Below are positions 55,974 through 64,000 of a stretch of DNA of 64,000 nt, in pieces. How positions within the stretch are numbered: position 1 is the first letter of the stretch; each line of letters starts with the position of its first letter. The notes beneath the pieces are model-generated. The model was given only the letters and a program-made list of their open reading frames with translations. It did not search any database and was not told where the DNA came from. Origin of the DNA: Chrysomallon squamiferum. Its lineage: Eukaryota; Animalia; Mollusca. Location of the stretch: the NCBI GenBank assembly GCA_012295275.1, contig CM022674.1, positions 2,170,001 to 2,234,000 on the forward strand. The letters are read 5' to 3'. Both the position numbers and the translations under genes were made by a program.

Positions 55974-56600
55974 ACAAACACTACATACGATGAAATCTTT
56001 CAGAAAAAATACAATTATTGCATACAATTATTATTTATAACCCTAACTGCAATAAAAAAAACAACAAAAAAACACAATACTATACAAACACAGTAAATTA
56101 CGCACACAAAATGAATTTCACAACATTTACCAACTCTTCTACATTTCATAACTCACATCTACATCATATTTCTTTCTTTCTTTTTTCTTAACCCACCTCC
56201 CCCTTAATTTCATTTTACTTATTTACTTATATATTCAATACCAGCCTCATCGGCACAGCAGGCCCACAACGTACAGTAATTAACTAATAATTAAATCAGC
56301 CAATATCATCAGTTGTCCCCGCTGTTAGACGTGTAATTACTGATAATTAGAAACATTATTTTCTATCCTCTGCACGCTCAGGGAAATATATTTTGTTTAT
56401 GTAGGTATTTCCCCTGCGTAATCTGCCCCATTTTACGTTCAGTGTAGCCCTGACTGTGTAAAAAAGAAAAAGAAAAAAAAAAATAAAAAAAAAATTATTA
56501 TTATTATTATTTGTTATTAGTGAAAGACTGTTAAGAAGAAGGCTGGTTTCGTTTTAAAGATGCAGTTAAGCAAGATTTTCTTAATAGTGTGTTGACAGAT

Positions 56601-56602
<2 letters not shown>

Positions 56603-56674
<72 letters not shown>

Positions 56675-56724
56675 CGAGTGAGAGAAAGAGATTGACAGAG
56701 AGAAGATGAGAGAGAGAGAGATAA

Positions 56725-56798
<74 letters not shown>

Positions 56799-56836
56799 AC
56801 AGAGAGAAGATGAGAGAGACAGAGTGAGAGAGAGAA

Positions 56837-56925
<89 letters not shown>
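56603..56925 (+). repeat. Long interrupted (GA)n microsatellite with internal duplication of GATTGACAGAGAGAAGATGAG
   Basis: Read directly; the interruption occurs at about 56690 and about 56794. Confidence 0.92.
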
Positions 56926-56928
<3 letters not shown>

Positions 56929-57504
56929 GATTATTCAGTAGAAAGATAAATAGTAATAACAATGTAATTGGTTTTGATTGAAGGAGAATGAGTTGTTTGC
57001 ATGTTTGTTAGCAAAAGACAATGGTTTGTAGTTTTGTCATTTATTGTTTGAGTATTTTATTGTGTTTGTTTATATTTTGAAACAAAACATGACAAAGATA
57101 ATAATACATTTTATGACCGCGTATATTATTTATTTTTTCATCTGTCATAAACTTCAGAAAAAAAAAAAAAAAAAAAAAAAAAAGATAGGGGAAGACATCT
57201 TTAAATCTCAGTATTACAACTAAAACGATCATTTCAAGACATCCGCAGACCAAACAGATATACGAAATCATCTCGGTTACGAAAATAGCAACGTTCTAGA
57301 TATTAATTCACTCGTTTCCTCCTCACCCACATTACTTCACCCACCCAACCTCACCTCACCCTCACCTCACCCCCTGACGTTCTTGTAATGATAATGGCGA
57401 AAAATTCCTAGAGTGAAATGTACACGGCAACCTTTGGTCGCTGCATGAGAGAGATTCTTAGCGCGAGAAACATTAAATGAACGATCTTTTCTTTCTTTTT
57501 TTTT

Positions 57505-57610
57505 TTTCAAAATGGCGGCCACCCGCTGCTACATACACGCATGCGCCAAGAAATTCTTTCGCTGATTCATAAACAACGTTTAGATGTTTCGTGTACGCGC
57601 CCGGTGACTT
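57505..57610 (+). promoter_or_regulatory. Promoter-like island with YY1 (CAAAATGGCGGC, 57508-57519) and NRF1-like (CGCATGCGC) motifs
   Basis: Exact YY1 consensus, an NRF1-like GCATGCGC at about 57539, CpG-rich, and a C-skewed tract upstream (57316-57375). Confidence 0.45.
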
Positions 57611-57639
57611 CAAAGTAGCTGATATGAAGCATAATTAAG

Positions 57640-57762
57640 ATGCGATATCATCCGCACAATTCGGAGGCCGACTCCAAGAAATACAATGTGGTGCTCTTCA
57701 AGTCTGTGGTCGAGCGTACGAAGAAAGAGAGTAGCTTTATCGAAAGCACGTGGTGGCGATAG
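57640..57762 (+). CDS. Candidate small ORF, 40 aa (MRYHPHNSEADSKKYNVVLFKSVVERTKKESSFIESTWWR)
   Basis: Non-repetitive ATG..TAG frame with 27 of 40 codons ending in G/C despite the AT-rich window. It lies downstream of promoter-like motifs. No homology recognised. Confidence 0.25.
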   Translation: MRYHPHNSEADSKKYNVVLFKSVVERTKKESSFIESTWWR

Positions 57763-57793
57763 GAACATCTTAGTACAGAATTCTTCAAAAAAG

Positions 57794-57824
<31 letters not shown>

Positions 57825-58022
57825 AAAAGAAAAAGAAAGATAAATAAAAAAAGATATATATATATATAAAAGAAGGCTGGGAGTATTTACGTTTTAATTT
57901 ATAATATTTCATTTATATTTATTTATTTATTTATCTAACTTGTTAGTTAGTTAGTTTGTTAGTTTCTTAATTATTTAGTTAATAATAGTAACAACAACAA
58001 AAACAAGAACAATAACAATAAC

Positions 58023-58063
<41 letters not shown>

Positions 58064-58839
58064 TAATAAAAATAAATAAAGGAATAAATAAAGAAAAAAA
58101 AAAAAAAAAAAAAAAAAAAAGAGAGAGAGAAAGAAAAAAAAAAATAAATAAATAAATAACAGAAAACGAAACATTCACGCAGAAACAAAACGCAAACAAA
58201 AATCTTTCCTGAAATTATTTCGCACGAAATTCTGACATTTCCAGAATGCGTGCGTGTGTGTTTTTTTGTTTTTGTTTTTTTTCCCCTCTTCGTTATTTAT
58301 TAAGTTCTAATTTGCACGCCCGGCACCAGATGCAGGTCTGCTTCCACCCCCAGGGGAGGTGCGGTCGTTAATTACCAGGAAGGGGATCAGCTGTGGCTGG
58401 ATATTATTCTGATTACCCCGGACTTCGGGAGTACGCAACAAAATAAACAACGGAAAAAAACAAACAAAAATGTAACAAAAGATTTCAGCAGTTGGATGAT
58501 ATTCATTCAGACATGATATTCATTTTCTTTAATGTCGTCAGATGATGATAAATAACTTGTAATATATATATATATATATTTTTTTTTTATTGACTTTTTA
58601 AAAGATCTATGGATTTTTACTCAGAACCTACCAGACCTCACGGAGTCTAGTGGTATATTACTACTAACTCTTGTTTCTGATAGAATCAATTCATATATCT
58701 CATGTGTGATGGATCAAACCCGTTTCGTTTTCACCGATTACGTTAATTCTCGTTCCAACATTTGCCCTACAACGACAGTACAGTAACAGTAACAAGTACA
58801 AACAGCATCAGCAGCAATAACTGTTAGCAGTTTTACTAC

Positions 58840-59303
58840 TACATTGACTGCAACTGCAGCAAAAACCACAACTACTACTACTTTTGTAACTAAAGTGACT
58901 GTAACAAGAACAATCCTACTACTACTACAACTACTATTACTAGTAGTACTACAAATACAACTACCACTACTGCTACTAGTATTACTATTATTAGTACCAC
59001 TACTGTTATTACTTCTTCTGCTGCTACTACTACTATAACTACTGCTACTACTAGTACTGCCACTACCACTACTATTAATACCAAAGATCCACTGCTACTA
59101 CTACTACTAATATTATTATTATTATTATGCCATCATGAATTCTACCATTACTGAAACTATAGCAACGGCAACTAAGACAGCTACTACTGCCATTACCACC
59201 ACCACTACTACTAATTCTACCATTATTACTACTACGACTACAACCACTACCATTACTACTACCAGCAGCATCGTCACCACTACTATTATTATTATTACTA
59301 CCT

Positions 59304-59367
<64 letters not shown>

Positions 59368-59450
59368 AACTACAACTATTTCAACTTCGACTAGTACAAC
59401 TGCTATTTAAGGTGCATTATTATTATTATTATTATTATTATTTTATTATT
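58840..59450 (+). repeat. Degenerate (ACT)n/(ATT)n trinucleotide region
   Basis: Read directly; source of the Thr/Leu-rich pseudo-ORFs. Confidence 0.88.
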
Positions 59451-59683
59451 ACGTAAAATGGACTTTCTCTTTTCGCGCATTGACGGGAATTGATCTTACA
59501 ACCTGTAACGTCTGAGGAAGGCGCTTCATTTCGTCTACAGTTCCTCAAATATAGTCCCGACATATTTTACAGAATATACTTTTACTTACGATGCCAGTTT
59601 TCAGCGGACGCATCCTTCTCTGAGGGCAATTTAAACACATATAACAGTCCCAGATTAAAACCCAGTGCAGTTATTCTGACAAG

Positions 59684-59719
<36 letters not shown>

Positions 59720-61569
59720 ATATATATTCTTCAAAGCTGAATTATGACAGAACTTCAACCGGGTCACTCATTAGCAACGTTTAATTAGTGCGCGATCAAA
59801 AATAGATCTGACGGTAAATCATTATGACTTGAAATTTGTAGAATATTATCAAAAAAAAAAAAAAAGAGAAGATAATTAATAGGAGTAACTGAGGATAACG
59901 GAAGATGTTTTACGGTTCAAAGGGAAGCTGGGAAATGATCACTTATAAAATTTCTTGTATTTTTATTTTGACTTAATTGGCGATGGTCTTTTTACATTAT
60001 TAATGAACGAATTAATGAGTGAATAAATGAATGAATGAATGAATATAGAAAACTGTAAGAGAGCAGCAGTGGAGACAAAAGCAGCAGAACAACAACAACA
60101 ACAACGTCAACAACAAGAACAAAAATAGCTGTGACTACAATAACATCATCAACGATAATAATAATTGAAAAAACAACAACAGCCACTATCAATACCAACA
60201 ATAAGAACATCAGCAACAACAACAGCAGTAGTAAAAAAAACAAAAAATAAACAAAAAAATACAACAACCAAAAACAAAACAATAACGACAAAACAGCAGC
60301 AACAATAACAACAACGGCAAAAAACAACAACAATAATAACAGTAACAACAACAACAGCAAGAGCACCAGCGAAATGATAATAACGATTATCATCAACGTC
60401 AGTGATGACGATGAAGACTGGAGATAGAAATAATGTTTTGACCATCAGATATCAGAAGCTGTTATACCAATTGTATAGTAAGTGGTATTAATATTATACG
60501 AACAAGTACACAGTGCAAGTGCAATAGTAAACAGTTTACGATCACACGTAACTTGTACATGCTGCTCATTATAACAGATTATCCAGTACATGTCGTCTGT
60601 TAGTGAATACACACTGAGAGATCTAAACGACACGAAAACACTTCGCTACATCACTCTCATATTGCTAATAAATAAAACAGAAGTCCATCTTACGTACAAC
60701 TGAAAAAAAAAAAAAAAAAAAAAAATTTTTTATTCGTTTTCTCTTATTCTGGAATCAGGCTATAACCAGAACAAAAACGATCGCTTTGGGGAAGGGACAG
60801 GACAGTTGGCGGATCTGTTGATTTTTTTTTATAATTTTTTTTTCTTTTATAAGAACGTGCAAGGAAGCGCAAAGCTAGCGTTCATCGCTGGAGACCCAGG
60901 CACGAAGCAGGCGAGGCAAAGCAAAGGTTCACGGCAAAAATGGCGTAAAAATAATAATTGAATTCGTGACCCGTGCGGGATTCTGTCGGCTGTGTTATAG
61001 AAGCATCGCGTAAAAAGGTTTAGACAATGAGTTTGAGTTCTGAGGGATTCTGCTGCAAGGGCACGTGTGTGCGTGCGTGTGTGTGTGTGTGTGTTCATGG
61101 TGAAACGTGTTCTGGATTCTTTCACACAGTGAGCTAGCTGACCGCATCTGGCCTGGTTATAGTGGGGTTTTTTTTCTCACAAGTATTAAGTCGAAAACGT
61201 GGTATGATGATGGTAACTGCGCGGTTATGAGAAGTTAAAACATGGAAAAAGGAGAAATAATTGGGTCGCGCGGTACAGATGAAGCAGGATGGATTTCTGA
61301 AAGCTGGAATCGTTGCTGGTTAAATAGGAGTTTTAAATTTATATACGTGCGTGTGTCTTGTTTGTTGTGTTTATTTTCCTGCGTGCATGTGTGTGTGTGT
61401 GTGCGTGTGCGTGCGCGTGCTGGTTTCTTCAGCACTATCTGCAGTCATTTTTCATGGTTTTACATGTTAATTTGAATTTAAACTGAATATTTAAAACATG
61501 CTTGTGAGAGCGATATAAAAAAATAAAAATAAAAACAACTGGCCGTTTTTCATTATTAGAAATAGAAAG

Positions 61570-61637
<68 letters not shown>

Positions 61638-61898
61638 TAAAGAAAGAACGAAAACAAAATAAATAATAAAGAATGATTATTTTTCTAAGAAAGTAATAAT
61701 ATTAATGAAGGCATCAAAATGTTTTTTAAATCACTAGCAAAAATGTGTTAGTAACATGATACGAAAAGCTGGGGAAGCCAGAAATAAAACAAAACAAAAC
61801 AGAATAATAAAATCAAAGAATACCCCCAACTTACGCACACCACTCCACAAAACCAAACATACTAAAGACAAAACAATAAAATAACAAACAAACAAAAG

Positions 61899-61932
<34 letters not shown>

Positions 61933-62487
61933 GCAGAAGAGATAATTACGACTCAAATGGTTTTAAACGTTAAAACGAAACTTTTCATTCTGCAGTTAAC
62001 ATCACATCAAACAAAAGCGTAATTTTTTTTTTTTTTTTTTTACCAAAGTCCATTTCTGAAATATTCACTCAGTTTTAATCTCTGATGTTAAAATCCACCT
62101 CACAAAACAAACAGAATTCTGAAAGACATGCCAAACTCCAAGAGCTTCATTAGATTCGCGAAGTTGAAAATGCATGTTCTTACGACCGTACAACATGAAC
62201 ACGTAATAACTTTTCAACGGTTGGTTTGACTCAAAGCTTTGTTTCTTCTGCTCGACCAGAAATTTTCGTTTTAAATAAAAGATCGGAACTTCACTGACGT
62301 CTGAAATATAGCTTTGCTTAACAACAACATTGCGTGGACTAAAATAAACTTTGCGACTGAGTTGGATAAGATAACTGTGGAATTTTATCGTTTATTTGAA
62401 TATATTATTTCATTTGTGAGTGTGTGTGGCCAGATACATTTTTTTTTCGCGAGTACGGTATTTAAGATTCGTTTTGAGTTTCTGCCT

Positions 62488-62560
<73 letters not shown>

Positions 62561-62866
62561 ATCTGTAATTGTGGAATAAATTCGCGCTAACTGGAATGAA
62601 TTAAAGGCGGACAAGTCAGAGAAATTTGATGAACGAGGTTGATAATGAATACAAGGTAGCCTCGTGTACCATTTGGTAGAAATTTAAATTTATTGTCCAT
62701 CACGTTCATTAATCGTACCGGTCTTAATAAGAAAGATAACTCGGATGTGGTGTTGTTAATGGCGGTGTCTGTGTGTAACTCATGCTGTGGGTAATATTTT
62801 GTGCGTATATCAGTTTTGTGTGCAAATGTCTTGCAGTATGTGAGAGTGTGTGGGTATGTGGATATT

Positions 62867-62922
<56 letters not shown>

Positions 62923-63080
62923 CTCTCTGTCTGTCTGTGTGTGTCTCATATACATATATGATTGCGTGCACATATTTGTCCACACAAGCATTCTAAACGA
63001 ATCCGGTAATAAAAGCACTGGCTAACTTTTACGATATACTTATAGTGACCCGTACCCTCTGACATATAGTCTCTTTTTAT

Positions 63081-63100
63081 TGACCCTTGACCTTTGACAA
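63081..63100 (-). promoter_or_regulatory. Tandem TGACC half-sites (TGACCC-T-TGACCT-T-TGACAA), DR1-like; may belong to a dispersed repeat
   Basis: Read directly; interpretation is inferred. Confidence 0.25.
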
Positions 63101-64000
63101 ATGGTCCACTTGTCTGACTTTGATCCTTGTCACGATGGCTCATATCTGGACAGTTATACGACGGCCAGGTGAACACAGTTCTGTCACTTTCGTCCATAAA
63201 AAGAAAACAATAAACACTGGCTCCTTGTATCTCTCGACACACTGAAGATTTAAAGTGATGATATGCTTTATTACATACGTCTGAATCTAACGAATACCAT
63301 TGCAATCCTTCTTAGGGATTAAATTTGACAATTCTGTGTAATGAATAAAGCGTAGAGTTTAAACCAAATTTGGCCTGGTGATTTAATATATTTTTAAACC
63401 GATGATATTTTTGGACAAAAAAAGAAAAAAGGACCGTTTGGATCAATCTTACATTTTCTAGCTGTTACCACGATGACAACGAAATCTGAATATCCGACAA
63501 TAAAATGATATCTTCTTTTATCCATTTGGATGCTGAAGCTCTTCTGTTGATTGGAAATCAACCTGTGTATGTGTCTGTCTGTGTGTCTTTGTCTCTTTGT
63601 TTTCATTTTCTTTATTACCGGGCATAAAGATTTTTAAATTTCTTCTTTTATTCCTGGACTCAGGTTTTTCTGCTTGTTCGCGGACGGTAAAGCATTTCTT
63701 ATAATTGGACCCGGCAGACTCGACTCTCAGACGTCCCATCTGCTGACTGCTGTTTCTGTTTTATTTATTGGACTAATTGGACGAGAAACGACAGTTATTT
63801 CAGCTGGTCTATCTGTCTGTTCGGGAGACGTTATTTCAGTTTTAGTAGAAACTTTCCGTTTTTGTCTTTGTAGAATACTGTGTAGTGTTCAGTAGTCTAG
63901 TCTCTTTCATGCTGAATTAAATAAAATTAATAAAATTAAATAGAATTACAGACAGAATAATTTTAACAGTCTCGATTCTTTCAGCGTTTCTGTCTTTTTG

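Noticed and set aside
59135-59410. Mucin-like Thr-rich ORF
   Set aside because: It is a degenerate (ACT)n microsatellite, of the same kind as others in the window on both strands.
60505-60526. miR-92-like 5' match (TATTGCACTTG) on the minus strand; similarly miR-71-like TGAAAGACATG at about 62120
   Set aside because: Only the first 11 nt match, the 3' halves diverge, and no hairpin is seen.
62946-63305. 119-aa minus-strand ORF as a transposon or host protein fragment
   Set aside because: It has a non-ATG start, no recognisable RT/transposase/domain motifs, and no clear exon boundaries.

Overview
This is AT-rich (about 30% GC by eye), microsatellite-saturated eukaryotic DNA, most consistent with an invertebrate gene desert or giant intron. 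A mollusc-like origin is only an inference from the repeat style. I recognise no complete protein-coding gene, RNA gene, autonomous transposon or CRISPR array, and nearly every ORF in the track is a translated simple repeat. Short unique, CpG-retaining islands that look regulatory lie between the repeats. The best-supported non-trivial structures are: (1) a CCAAT-box promoter at about 23.5-23.8 kb with a C/G skew flip, followed by a candidate signal-peptide first coding exon (24024-24077, donor CAG|GTAAGA); (2) a 187-bp, about 96% identical inverted repeat pair (52668-52854 / 55181-55367) enclosing a 45-nt candidate exon; (3) a YY1/NRF1-type promoter followed by a high-GC3 40-codon small ORF (57640-57762); (4) three minisatellites with 22-, 30- and about 26-bp units; (5) recurrent CRE/bZIP and nuclear-receptor DR1 motifs. 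All motif counts are by eye and all gene-level calls are hypotheses.
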